Shown: one piece after another, positions 38,256 through 50,592 of the stretch
How the letters are laid out: every line of letters starts with the position of its first letter
Position numbering within the stretch: the first letter of the stretch is position 1
Assembly (NCBI GenBank): GCA_036785375.1
Contig: JAWMAR010000152.1
Location: 1,922,001-1,986,000 of the forward strand
Length of the DNA stretch: 64,000 bases
Direction of reading: 5' to 3'
From: Leucoraja ocellata
Taxonomy: Eukaryota
Made by a program: the position numbers and the translations under genes
The notes under the pieces: model-generated
Told to the model about the DNA's origin: nothing
What the model saw: the letters and a program-made list of their open reading frames with translations, nothing else
Database searches by the model: none

Positions 38256-40552
38256 CTCTGACCTTCTACTTAGTCATTCTGGCTGAACATACAAATTGTT
38301 CACATGCTGGCCCCACCCTCACTCCATGTCCTGTTAACTGTTTCATTGTCTATCACTATTCACTACAAGATATGGCAGCTCTGTAGAACTTAATTTGAGC
38401 TTGTTCTAATCGGGACCCATGGGCATTGGGTCAAGCGATAACTCGTCCATATTAATCCGAGCCTCAACAGTGCCAATCACCGATTCAATCACAGAAACAG
38501 CATGACTTCGCCCAAAATAAAAACGGAAAATGGCGAATCTACTCGGGTCAGGTAGCACGAGTGTAGAGAAGAACAGTTAACATTTCAGGTTGATGACATT
38601 TCATCAGTTCTGGGAAAGCTGGTGATCTGAATTTTTTGAATTCAACATCAAGTCCTGAGGGCTATAACATGGAACAGCACCACCTGCAGGTTCTTCTAGA
38701 AGCCATACAAAATCCGGGTCAGGACCTTTCTTCCTCGGAAGAAAGCTTTGCCTGTCCATTTCCTCCACAGATGCTGCCTGACCCGCCAAGTTACACCAGC
38801 ACTTTGTGTTTTGCTCAAGATACCAGCATCACTTCAATGTGGCTGGGTCGAAATCCTGGAACTTCCTCCACTTATTTATGTGTATATTGAACTGAACTGT
38901 TCTGTATTTTTGTTTACAATACTCTTGTGCTGCAGCAAGCACGAATGTCACTGTCCTATCTGGGACACATGACAATAAACTATTGACTTGACTTGAAAGC
39001 AAAAGAGAACTCGAGTTACACATTTGACTTGGAGGAAGTGAGTGGAGGAAGTGAGTGGAGTGAAGAGTTAGTCAATGTAAGAACAAGCTCATATGTGGCA
39101 GTGAAATGCACTAGTTGGTCCGTTTAAGGAAGCAGCGAAGGAAGGGCTCTCAGACTTTGTGGGTATGGAAAGGAAGTGTAGATGGACTGCATTCATGGTG
39201 AAAATTAGCTAATTTGTGAGCAACAAACTCCAAGTGGTGGAGGGCATCAACGGTGTCAGATTTAAGTGAGAAGAGACCGGGCAAGGGGAGAAGAAACTAG
39301 CTCTCTGGCCAGCAGCTGGCTGAAATAATGGTTTTACCAGGGCTGTACTGCTTCTGGATCTTGTGGAGGAGATAGGAGTGAGTTGTACGAGATTGTGGGA
39401 TGATGGTCCCCAGAGGAAAGGAAGTCCATGATTATAAAATGCCTAATGTTCCGTGGTGGGACCATGGTTCTTTCACAGGGAGAATCAAGGAGGTGTTGGA
39501 GATTTGGCATTAGTTCAATAGTCAGTTTCATTTTTTAAATGGGTTTCCTTTTCTCTTTTTCCCTCCTCTAGTTTCAGTTTCTTTTCGTGTTTTAAACAAG
39601 GTGTTGGCCAACTTTTGTTTCCACATACACTATCGGCCCTTTCAATCGCTGAACCAGTAGTCACTTGACAGCTAGTATCTTTTGCCAGTGGAACTGCTCA
39701 AGGACAGGCCTCAGTTGCATCAGAAATCAATGCTGAACGCTATTGATCCAGAGAAAGAAAAAAAACATTCAGAGGACCTGCAGTGAAACACTGCAATTTC
39801 AGTTCAGTCATTCCTACACAAAATATTCTACATCATATCAACGAATTATAGATTTGCCTTGACAAGACCAAGTCTTCACTCAAAATCTTGCCATCAGCAT
39901 GCATACCCCACTTGAAGAAAATCTATAAAACTAGGATTTAGCAATCCATTTCACTAATTTATTCCACTAAGGTATTGACATTAAGTGCTGGGAAGCCTCG
40001 TCATTTGTCTCTCCAGAGAAACTGAAGTAGACAGTAATTGGAGGAGAGAGCAGGTAAATGAAGATGCTAAATCAGGGCAGAGATGGGAAATGTGAAGATA
40101 TGCAGCAACGAATCAAGCCAAGAGCAGCTTTCACCCAACAAGTCCTTATTTAAAACAAAATTAGACTTAATTGTTTCTTCCAGGGGAATAACTATTTCAT
40201 TCATTCATCCATCATTGTTGAAAACATTAGTGACGCAGTGGTGCTGGTTTCCAACAGGAGCGGTGACAGACGCACCACACATCTCCGTCCTCCAGTTCCT
40301 GCGGAATTCCGCCACTGGAAGTATAGGATTTTGGTGTGTGTGCTTTATCATCATTCCTCACAATGCCGTGTACGAGAGTGATCGCAACTTCTACTGAAGT
40401 GTGGATGGCCGTCGGCTCGCTAGAAGCTCATCCGCGCTTTGACAGAGCTTGTTTTTGGTCCTGCTGGGGGTCCACAGCCCCCTCCTCACCTGGCAAACTC
40501 GTGGGGGAGACGGGTTTAGTCGCCGACTATCGGACCATGGAGTACTCCACTA

Positions 40553-41410
40553 GGGGCGCTGCACTGGCAGCAGCCTCTACCTAGGCTGTCATTTCTATCT
40601 TTTTTTAAATTTTCAGTTAGTCTAATGTCTGTTTTAGGGGGAAACTTTAACTTTTCTATGTGGGGGAGGGGGGCAGGGTAAGGGGGAAACCGTCTCCCAG
40701 TCTCTTCCTGGCGGGGACACGAATATTTCTCCGAGTCGCGTCCTCACCCCCCACCCCCCACCTCGCGGCCTACCAGCTGGATCGGAACGGCCTTTCCTGC
40801 CGGGGACCGGGAACTGGACCAGGGCTGCTACAGCGGCAGCACAGCGCTGGAGTCACCGCGGAGCGGGCGATGCCTACCCGGGTCGCTGTTTGGAGCTCCG
40901 GAGCTTTGGGCCGTTGCTCCAACATCGTGGAGCTCTGGTGCGGAGAGCTTCCAACGCGGGCGGCGCTGAACAACATCGTGGAGTCCTGGGGCGCGTTGCA
41001 GAGGGTCTCCAGCAGCAGTCTCCACCCGGCGCGGCCTGCGGACATTGGAAGCCACCGACTCCGGTAGGAGGGGGCCGACTCTGGTGTCCACGCCGCTGAG
41101 GACGTCCCGCAGCCCCGACGTCGGACTTGTATCATCCCGGCGAGCGGTCCTGAACATTGGGCCGCCCGTAGCTGCAACTGCGGAGGGCACGGGGAGGCCC
41201 TGACCACGGGGAACAATGGAGGAAGAGACTGACTTTGGTGCCTTCCCACACAGTGGGAAACTTTGATTCTGCTGTGTGGGGATGTTTTGTGTTAAATTCT
41301 ATAGTGTGTTGAGTCCTGTTTATTTTTATTGTATGGCTGTATGGGAATTCATTTCACTGTGCCATCTGGCACATGTGACAATTAAATCTATCTTGAATCT
41401 TGAATCTTGA
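40553..41410 (+). mobile_element. GC/CpG-rich non-coding retroposon-like element with LINE-type 3' tail
   Basis: Abrupt GC/CpG-rich block ending tttcactgtgcc...catgtgacaattaaa and (cttgaat)n tandem tail, similar to Rex1-type tails elsewhere in the window. Confidence 0.6.
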
Positions 41411-41573
41411 GCAGGTAGCACGGGATGACATGGGTGGAACTCCCCCTCGACCTCACTATCAATTTTACTTAATCTAAATAAATGGCAAGTATGCAGCACA
41501 AAAATGTCACTGACCTACAGGACTCTTCTTGCCGGTTATATCGGTAGGGAATGTTAAGATAACATGGTGGCAC

Positions 41574-41870
41574 AGGGCAGCACGGTTGCGCAGCAGTAGA
41601 GTTGCTGCCTTACAGTGCCGGAGACCCGGGTTCAATTCCGAGTACGGGGGCTGTTTGTACGTTCTCCCCGTGACCTGCGTAGGTTTTCTCCGAGATCTTC
41701 GGTTTCCTCCCCCACTCCTAAGACGTACAGGTTTGTAGGTTAATTGGCTTGGTATAAATGTAAAAAATGTCCCTAGTGTGTGTAAAATCGTGTTAATGTA
41801 CAGGGATCGTACGGGTTGCGGTCCCGGTGGGCCGAAGTGCATGTTTCCACATTGTATCTCTAAACTAAAC
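41574..41870 (+). mobile_element. HE1-like V-SINE
   Basis: Head, core and tctctaaactaaac tail present. Confidence 0.88.
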
Positions 41871-43661
41871 ATGAGAAAGGGGATATATTTTTGTACTTAG
41901 AACAAACATGTTTCCACACATTTCATATTTCTGCAACATTACATGTATCTTATTTATTTTAGTGTTGATGATTGATTATTCATTCATTCATTAATTATTT
42001 CTAAAGTTTATTCAGGGAAAAGATTTGCCCTCCAAGTAAATTTGATGGAGAATTGCATTAATCAATACCTTTAGGGCAAGTCTATATCCCTACAAGCTAC
42101 AGACCATCGACAAAATATTAAACCCTGTAAGCAATGTCTTCAGAACATTTAGAACAAAGAAATGGTTATTTAAATAGATGTACGACATAGCAGGAAGCCA
42201 CTGTGGCAGTTCTAAAACAGATAGCCACCAGCTGTTCCATCCCGTACTTTTTTGGAAGAGTGAATATTTTAAATTTAAATATTTTTATTGGCTTCTCCCT
42301 TGAAAGTTACTTTGTTTCACATGACCGCTAAAGCAAACTTTCTGTCAATTTAACCAGAGAAATTAAAAAAAAATTGTCGAGAGGTTCTTGTACAAAAAAT
42401 TAAGCCATTTATATCTACACATTTTTAATCCTTGCAATATTCTAGAACCCAGTTGCTTAGCTTGATCCAATCACTTTTCCTGCAGAAGCAAGTTTTGGGA
42501 AGCAAAATCGCACAATGCAATTTATTTTTGTACTTCATAGAAACACATTCATTTCTGTTTTGAAATTAGCCTCTCTTAACTAACCTACCCTGGTTTATAA
42601 GGGTCCATTTTAAGTTTGTCGAGATCAGAAACTATCAACAGCACATTTTCTTTTCTAACATATATTTGTCGGTGGCTAAAATTAAAAGGCAAAGTGCCGA
42701 ACATGTCTCAGGAAAGTAAAGACAACTGGAGGTTACTGTAGTGGCTGGAACATTAAAAATATCAGCAATGTTTTTGCATGCTCAGTTTTTATTTTAATCA
42801 ATCATCATCAATAGATCAATAATTCACACATTATCACATGTACACACAATTGCCCCTATTTAACCCCTCTGTTCAGATCAGGCACCATTTTAACAAAATA
42901 ATTCCAGTTCAGTCACAAGTGGACCTCCACATGCACCAGGTTTCTGCCATATTTTAAAAAACAGAGTTTGTTTTTCCCTACAATATAAAAGGTAGAGCCT
43001 ACGCAGGCTCTTAGAATATTCCCATCAATCCCATTTCCCCACTTATCTGCCAGTAACCTGTTCTCTCTCACCTGCCTATCATATCAATAGACAATAGGTG
43101 CAGGAGTAAGCCATTCGGCCCTTCGAGCCAGCACTGCAATCCTCCCAACTCTCCTGGACCTCTCTACTTGGGATCATTTACAGTAGCCAATTAACTTACG
43201 TAACTGCACATCTTCTGCATCTTTATCAGTAGGCAGCCCTGCATCTGACTGTGCCAAGACAAACTCATCTCTGGTTAAATTGTCTCCATCTCAGCATCCC
43301 CAAAACCCAAATGCAGGACCCCAAGAGATTATGAAGCTATTTTGCTATGTGTCAAACTTATCAGATCTCGAACAAGAAGTGTTTAGGAAACAACTGCAGA
43401 TGCTTGTTTAAATCGAAGGTAGACACAAAATGTTGGGAGTAACTCAGCGGGACAGGCAGCATCTCCGGAGAGACGTTTTGGGTCGAGATCCTTTCAGACC
43501 AAAGTGTTTACATTTTTGGGGGACAATATGGGCAGTAATGGAAAAACATCACAACCAATGAATTAATGTCACTGTTTTTAGCAGATTGATATTTAGTCCA
43601 CATCTTATTTTGAAATGGAAAGGAGTGCCTGACACAGAAAAATTTAAATAAAAACACTAAG

Positions 43662-43667
43662 TTTATT
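43662..43667 (-). terminator. Candidate polyadenylation signal (AATAAA) of MCRS1
   Basis: tttatt on + strand about 480 nt after the stop, followed on the - strand by a U-rich tract; other candidates at 44108-44113, 42788-42793, 42007-42012. Confidence 0.55.
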
Positions 43668-44149
43668 CAAAAAGGTTTTCCACAACCTTCCAAAAAGTGA
43701 AAATGTAACATGTTGACAACACAAGCAAGAGATTTTGCTCGGATTACACTATCAGTATTCCATGGTATAATTCTATTAAATTATGGTCATGAAAAATTTA
43801 CAGAAAATCATGACGAAGAGATTTCTGGAAAGCAAAGAACTGTAGCTGGAGTCATTTTCCAGGTGCATCATCTACAATTGCAAAAATGGCTCGTGCCATC
43901 TTTTCTCTTGCCTATATGATCCACTTTTAATTTGGTTGTCCTCATGCAGGGTAAAACAGTACCTTCCATTTGGTGTCTTATGACAAACGCACGTCAGTAA
44001 AAGCAGATAGCTCTGGTCCCGCGTTTTGAATCTTGGTAAAATTAGATACAATAGTCCAAATAACAGAAGGCTTTCATATCCAGGACAGTGACAAGAGTGC
44101 ACTCATCTTTATTTCAGCCAATGTTTGGTCAGAGACTAGGAACCTCCAC

Positions 44150-44236
44150 TCACTGCTGGTTCATCTTGGCAGCTTCAGCCCTGATCAGCGCAATCAGATC
44201 CTGGTTAATTAAAAACACAAAACGAAGTCCGGCAAT
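44150..44236 (-). CDS. MCRS1: MCRS1 terminal coding exon (IAGLRFVFLINQDLIALIRAEAAKMNQQ*)
   Basis: ctttgtag| acceptor, TGA at 44152-44150; matches the human C-terminus. Confidence 0.96.
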   Translation of the reverse strand: MAGLRFVFLINQDLIALIRAEAAKMNQQ

Positions 44237-44396
44237 CTACAAAGGAAGAAAACAGAAAAAAATATTTAATTTCATTCATCTTTCGTCATAAATTGATGCA
44301 AAAAACTCTTAGCAACCTACCATGTACAAAATTGCTTGAAAAACCTTGCAAAATAACCAACCTCCTTTGTAGCCATTACCTGCTTGTGTTGACCGG

Positions 44397-44710
44397 TTTT
44401 AGTTTAGTTTAGTTTAAAGATACAGCGTGGAAACAGGCCCTTCAGCCCACCGTGTTCATGCCTAGCAGCAAAACCCGCACACCGACACTATCCTACATAC
44501 ATTAGGGACAATTTACAATTATACCCAGCTAATTAACGCACAAACCTGTACGTTAATGGAGTGTGGGAGGAAACCGGCGCTCCCGGTGAAAACCCACAGG
44601 GTCACGGGAGAGCGTACAAACTCCGTACAGACAGCACCTGTAGTCAGGATCGAACTCGGGTCTCTGGCGCTATGAGGCAGCAACTCTACCGCTGCGCCAC
44701 CATGCCACCC
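44397..44710 (-). mobile_element. HE1-like V-SINE in last MCRS1 intron
   Basis: Full length with (TTTAG)n tail on the + strand. Confidence 0.9.
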
Positions 44711-44976
44711 CTCTAGACTTGTGGAGACTAAAAATTATTGCATTAGATTCTCTGCCATGAATAGCTACAGACACCAGCTACCTCTACTCATTCCAAGAGA
44801 GGATTCTTTGTTTATAAACACCTCGACTTCAATTAAGCTCACAAACTTGTTCCATTAGGCTTAACTTTCCTCACTTCATCAAATCTTTTGAAAAAGCCAA
44901 GTAAACTACATCTTCCGAAATATCCATATCCTCTTCCAATCTTCAATGTTTCAGTCATTTTATATAGACTGAAATG

Positions 44977-45226
44977 TTTAGATTAGTTTAGAGAGTCCAC
45001 ACCGACCAGCGATCCCCACACATCAACACTACCCTACACACACTAGGGACAATTTTTACAACCTGTACATCTTTGGAGCGTGGGAGGAAACCGAAGATCT
45101 CGGAGAAAACCCACGCAGGTCACGGGGAGAACGTATAAACTCCGTACAGACAGCGCCCATAGTCAGTATCAAACCCGGGTCTCTGGCACTGTAAGGCAGC
45201 AACTCGACCTCTGCGCCACCGTGCCA
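44977..45226 (-). mobile_element. HE1-like V-SINE in last MCRS1 intron
   Basis: Same family, internally deleted. Confidence 0.88.
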
Positions 45227-45352
45227 CTCTATGCGATCGGTGATTTAATTGAATGTATTCTCTTAAAAGTACAAACTTTATGTAATGTCATCTTCATCAC
45301 AGTGACTACTTGATGAGCGCAAGATGATTCAACTCTTCGACATAACACTTAC

Positions 45353-45480
45353 TTCAACGACAGAGTTGTTATTCAATTTCCATTTATTTCCACTCAGAAC
45401 TGGCCTGCCATCGATGTAGATGGGACGTCGACCTTCATTGGCAATGAAGAAGTCTCCATCGTTCTTCAGCTTTATTATAC
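45353..45480 (-). CDS. MCRS1: MCRS1 coding exon, FHA domain (IIKLKNDGDFFIANEGRRPIYIDGRPVLSGNKWKLNNNSVVE)
   Basis: AG/GTAAGT boundaries; conserved peptide. Confidence 0.97.
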
Positions 45481-46157
45481 CTTTAAGACAAATGTAATTT
45501 CTTTGAAAAGCAAATATCATACCTCAGCTATTTGATTTTGAACTGTTGGACAAGAGATAACAACTCCAGCATTAATTACAGCGTCTCTGGACTCCTGTTT
45601 ATTGCAGTTTGCTTTATAGTTTCCTTCTCCAAACACTATTTGGGGACAATTTATCCAAAATAATCTAGATACCCGTTACAGAAGCGAATTAACTCCACCA
45701 TCCAATCGCAGGTACTAGAGCCGGAGGACTTCTATTGTGTGACAATCATTAAACAATCATTCAGTGTTAAGATATGAGCAACCCGTCTTGGCTACCTCGT
45801 TCCCAATGTAATCCCAGTTAATAACCAGTTAAGGAGAATGGAGTAAACAAGGAATCATGTCCAAAATCTGGCTGCTCTTGTCATACAACATTTAGTAACT
45901 ATATATGTTTTTTAAACATACAGGCCCACCTCCAAATTCCCATGGTTGCCAAACAACAGGAACAGTAACCTAAAGTCAGGAGTCACAGAGTCATACAGCA
46001 CGGAAACATGCCCTGCGGCCCAGCTTGCCCATGCTAACCAAGGTGCCCCATCTACACTAGTCTCAGTTTGGCCCACATCCCTCTGAACCTTTCATATCCA
46101 TGTACCTGTCCAAACGTCATTTTAAATGAAGGAACAAATCAAAAATAAAACTGTTAC

Positions 46158-46245
46158 CTTGCCTTCTGGAGATTTTCCATGCTGGTCCCTCTAGAGAAAG
46201 GTCAACGTCAATCTGATTATCTTTTGTGGCTCGACCCAATGTGAT
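46158..46245 (-). CDS. MCRS1: MCRS1 coding exon, FHA domain (ITLGRATKDNQIDVDLSLEGPAWKISRRQ)
   Basis: FHA GR...SR motif; AG/GT boundaries. Confidence 0.97.
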
Positions 46246-46349
46246 CTGGTTTGAGGAAGGACAGGGAGATGCACTTATTAAGGTGTGGGGTAGTAGACAC
46301 GATATCACAAAACTTCATTTGAAAAAGGTCTATTTCTAAAATACCAGCA

Positions 46350-46545
46350 GCGAGAGCCCTTGCTTTTCCCCTCCATCCCCTCCCCATCCCAGTTCTCCCA
46401 CCAGTCTTACTGTATCCAACCACGTTCTATTTTTGTCCTGCCCACTCCCTAACATCAGTCTGAAGGGTCTCAACTCGAAACGTCACCCATTCCTTCTCTC
46501 CAGAGATGCTGCCTGTCCCGCTGAGTTAATCCAGCTTTGTGTCCA
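46350..46545 (+). mobile_element. Penelope-type terminal repeat fragment (others near 6672, 7288, 7680-7950, 22125, 34325, 35403, 38510-38830, 43386, 52280, 54510-54690)
   Basis: Shared motif gaaacgtcacccattccttctctccagagatgctgcctgtcccgctgagtt or its reverse complement. Confidence 0.7.
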
Positions 46546-47052
46546 CCAGCAGCTAGAGAAGTTACTTCTAAAAATAAACTTCAGCATGGGATTTTGCCCA
46601 TTGTAGAATTCTTTACATTCATCCTCACAGCCCAGGAAAGTGGCACAATTATGCCACTGCTTAGCAACCAGGTTGTTAGCTCACATTTCAGCAAAGCAAT
46701 ATCCGAACTTGAATCCCATTGCTCAAACAGCAACCATAAAGTCTACATCTATTAAAGGCTTTGTGGATATAAAAATCATTCCTCATATAATTTGCTTAAA
46801 ATACTTCACAATTCCTCCACCTGCTACCCATTGATATAAATTTCAAAGTCCTTGAAATAAGTGGATACTCTGGTTATGTGACACAGGCAGTTCTGATGAA
46901 GGATTCTGACAAAGGCTTAAACCCATCTCCGTGGGTTGCTAACTGACCTTCTGGGCATTTGCAATATATTTATTTTTAAAAGCCACTGCAATATTAATAC
47001 CAAAAATAAAAATCCTGCAACTTTCTAGATATCAAGCAAAGCACTGCCATAC

Positions 47053-47135
47053 CTCTCGAGACCTCATCAAGTATCGGACCATTCTCCCCCGTAAAACTGC
47101 CAGCGTCTGGTTATCAAAATCGGGAGAGCTGATAC
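47053..47135 (-). CDS. MCRS1: MCRS1 coding exon (ISSPDFDNQTLAVLRGRMVRYLMRSRE)
   Basis: cttaag| acceptor, GAG|gtatgg donor; conserved peptide preceding the FHA domain. Confidence 0.96.
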
Positions 47136-48484
47136 CTTAAGAAATCAAATCAGTTAATTTAGTCAATTAGGTCATCACAGCAGTGATCATAGTCTTTATG
47201 AACACAATGAACAATTCTTAATATCCCCAACAAAAAGCAAACTTATCTTAAAAAGTATGAATATTACTGTGAGAAATGTAACAAAAATTAAATCATGATT
47301 TACGTCATTATTCGCACACACAAAATAAGATTTTTTTCCCCACCTCAAACCAATGCCTACTGTAAACAATCATTTGGGAGACTTGGATATTTTATTGTAA
47401 AATGGCCTTGTAAACCACAGTTAACAGGATGACCACATTTTTAATTATGTTAAAAACTATTTCCCAATTTACAATTCTTGGATTGGTGGACCGAAAACAT
47501 TTCTTCCCAACAGTTATTCTTCTAAGAAATCTGATGGCTCTGCAAACAAGTTACAATCAAAGAGATGAATTCCATACAGTCAGCAGGAAGATTTCTTTGG
47601 GATGTGCACTTTTTAAAAAAAGTTGGCATTCATTTCAACTATAAACTGCATCTGGAAATGCACAGGAGTTACCATTTTCAGCTTCTCCCAACTTACTGAG
47701 AACACTATTAAAAAAAACATATTGTTTGCCAATCAGTGATGAGTAGTGGAACTTTATAGTTTAACCATCTGAAACATTTTATAAATTTCAGCAGTTTTAA
47801 ATGCAGTATTTTTATCTCCATATTATATCACATTTTTCTCCATCTTGAAATATATGCAAACTTGAGCTTTTATATAATATTGTTCAGGGCAAAACATGGT
47901 ATATCAGAGTTTGATAAGACGGTGTCAAACTACAAATAAGAATACAGAAATCTCATTTTTGAGACTTTGTTATAGATCAACGGCTGCTTGCCTTTGCAGC
48001 CAGGAATTGGTGATCAATGTGAAGGAGCTTCTTTGTGACAATTCTACTGGGGCATTCTTAAACATGTAGCACTAAACGGTTAGTGTAGTGGGACTCCAGA
48101 ATAGCAAGTTTTCTGAAGAGAACATAACATTCTGAAATTGGAATGCAAATACGATAAATATTGAAATTCCTATATCAAATGTAACTTAAGTCCTCTGTTC
48201 TCATGTCATTTTTTGTGTGGATCAGTTGTGCCTCCAGTCCATACACTAGTGTTCTCAGTAAGGCTTCATTGCAGTCTGCAGTATGCTCAAAAAGCATCTA
48301 GTTCAGTGAAGCCAATGTGACATTCTTGAAGAAAATGTTAACTGAAAACAGAAACACTCAACTGGTCAGTAACATCTGCAGAGAGGGGGAGAGAGTTAAT
48401 GTTTTGTGTCTGAAAATGTGGTCAGAAGTCTGACAAAGGATCTCCAACCTGAAATGTTAACTTGGGACACAGTTTAATCATCAC

Positions 48485-48577
48485 CTGTTACACTGTCGAC
48501 CAGAACCTGCCACTTTGGAAGCTCCTGCTCCAGCTGCCGGATCTCTCGTTTCTGCCGTCGGTCTGCTAGAGTGAGCT
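48485..48577 (-). CDS. MCRS1: MCRS1 coding exon (LTLADRRQKREIRQLEQELPKWQVLVDSVT), coiled coil
   Basis: cacag| acceptor, G|gtgatg donor; conserved peptide. Confidence 0.96.
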
Positions 48578-49429
48578 CTGTGGTCAAAACACAAGCAGAA
48601 TTACAAAGAGGAAGCAAGGTCAAAGCAAATAACAACACATTTTCATGCAGAACACAAATTGGCTCATTTGTATCCCACACAATGAAGGGCGGACATGGTC
48701 ATGATGCTGGATTTACATTGAAAACAAATATCAATTGACATTTCACGTGTAGTAAATCCTACCCACAACATGCATCAAGATCACAGCACAAAAGTGACCA
48801 AAGTAACATTGGCGGCAAGTCATTCAGTCCCTTCATCCAGACTGAATTTTAAAAACGTTCTCCTCGTCTCCACCTTAGCATTCGAGACTTTTGCTTCCCT
48901 GTCCAGAAGTCTTAATACTTATTTAACAGATGGAGTTGGGAATATTCCAAAATCAGTTCTGTATTTGCCTTTTCAGCATATTCATCATCAATTGAAAGAT
49001 ATGAGAGTGTTCACTTTAAAACACTATTTCAATGACTTGTACCGCACACAGCTCCCATAAATACCAAACCCTACAGCTAGATATCAATTATACTCTCCAG
49101 CTAGGCACATGATATCTAGAGATGCAAATCAGATGCTGGGGTTGGCAAGACTGTCACGGTTCCACTTACATCACAGTGCAGCATAATCACAAATTTAGAC
49201 TACAATGCAAATATCTTCTACAACAAAGGTAAACTCAGGAAAATACAAATTAGTTGCAAAATATTTCAAATAATTGAACTTAAGGTTGAATGAGTTGAGC
49301 AGAAAAGTCTTGAATCTGTATTCAGCTTGGACTCGTGACCTGGAAGACTTGACCACCTTATGGCTCTTTCCGTAATCGGCTTACCTCAGCAAACATTTGG
49401 TCACCACAAACTGAAGACAGGCAACTTAC

Positions 49430-49458
49430 CATGTTCCAGGACATCATCTCGTGTTTCC
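49430..49458 (-). CDS. MCRS1: MCRS1 29-nt microexon (ETRDDVLEH)
   Basis: ctttcctag| acceptor, G|gtaagt donor; required to restore phase; resembles human DMRDEVLEH. Confidence 0.92.
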
Positions 49459-49499
49459 CTAGGAAAGGGGGAAAAGAAAAGATCATCCAACATTCTGGC

Positions 49500-49790
49500 A
49501 TTAGCTTTGGTTTACTATTGTCACTTGTACCAAGATACAGTGATATTACATGCTATCCAGCCAAATCATACCCTACACGAGTACATCAGGTAGTGCAAAA
49601 GACAAAATAAATGGAGTACAACGACAGAGAAAGTGCAGATAAAAAAGTTCAAGGTCCGCAACAAGGTAGACTGGAAGATCAGGAATTCAGAAGATATTAT
49701 GGTTGATTATGTTGGCTGCTTTCCCAAAGAAATGTGAATTATAGATGGAGTTGATTGGTGGGATGGCTGGTTTACTGGATGGACTGGGCT

Positions 49791-49822
<32 letters not shown>

Positions 49823-50170
49823 TGCCATTTTTTGCAGTCTTTGGCTGAGCAGTTTTCTATTGTGCATCTGTACAAATTAGTAAGAGTCATTGGAGAAGTG
49901 TTGAATTTCCTAGGTCTTCTAAGGAAGTAGAGGCGTTGGCGTACTTAGGTGCAGCGTCGATGTGGTTGGACAAGGACAAATTGTTGGTGATATTTACACC
50001 TAGGAATTTAAAGCACTCGACCATTTCCATTTCAGTACGATTGATGCAGACTTGGGTGTGTATCCCTCCACGCCTCCTGAAGACGATGTCCAGCTCCTTC
50101 ATTTTGCTTACATTTGTCTTGACACCATGTTACTAAGCTCTCCTTTCTGTGTTCTGTCTCATCACTGTTT
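49500..50170 (-). mobile_element. Decayed Rex1/Babar-like LINE
   Basis: ORF 49887-50102: INRTEMEMVECFKFLGVNITNNLS.SNHI; gtgacaatagtaaac tail near 49510-49525. Confidence 0.75.
49796..49822. repeat. (CA)n microsatellite
   Basis: Direct observation. Confidence 0.95.
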
Positions 50171-50516
50171 GCGATCAGGGGTTATGGGGAGAAGGCAGGA
50201 GAATGGGGTTGAGAGGGAGAGATAGATCAGCCATGATTGTATGGCGGAGGGGACTTGACTTGATGGGCCGAATGGCCTCATTCTGCTCCTATCACTTATG
50301 AACTTATTCCTCATTTAAACCAGTGTCCAAATGCAAACCATTTTTTCCAACTGGGTTCAAAATTAAGTACTAGAAGTGCAAAGGTTACATCCTGCCTCAA
50401 TAATATTTAGTTTCTTCAAACGTTAAGGGGGAATATTGAGCAAAGAATTAAATAAAAGGACAATAAATATCACATTCATACATTGTTCAGTGCTATATAA
50501 AAACTCAAACCCTTAC

Positions 50517-50592
50517 TTGAGCTTGCTGTCATCTATCATGTCTTCAGCATCAGAAAAGTTCAGAACTTGATCTCCTTTGGGTAATGGTTGGA
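50517..50592 (-). CDS. MCRS1: MCRS1 coding exon (QPLPKGDQVLNFSDAEDMIDDSKL)
   Basis: tttttag| acceptor, AA|gtaagg donor; conserved peptide. Confidence 0.96.

Noticed and set aside
40660-41249. Long overlapping ORFs (120-159 aa) on both strands
   Set aside because: Expected from high GC content; no recognisable domain, and the block ends in a retroposon-type tail.
44640-44710. tRNA-like A and B boxes as a tRNA gene
   Set aside because: They are the head of a multi-copy SINE with core and tail; no complete cloverleaf.
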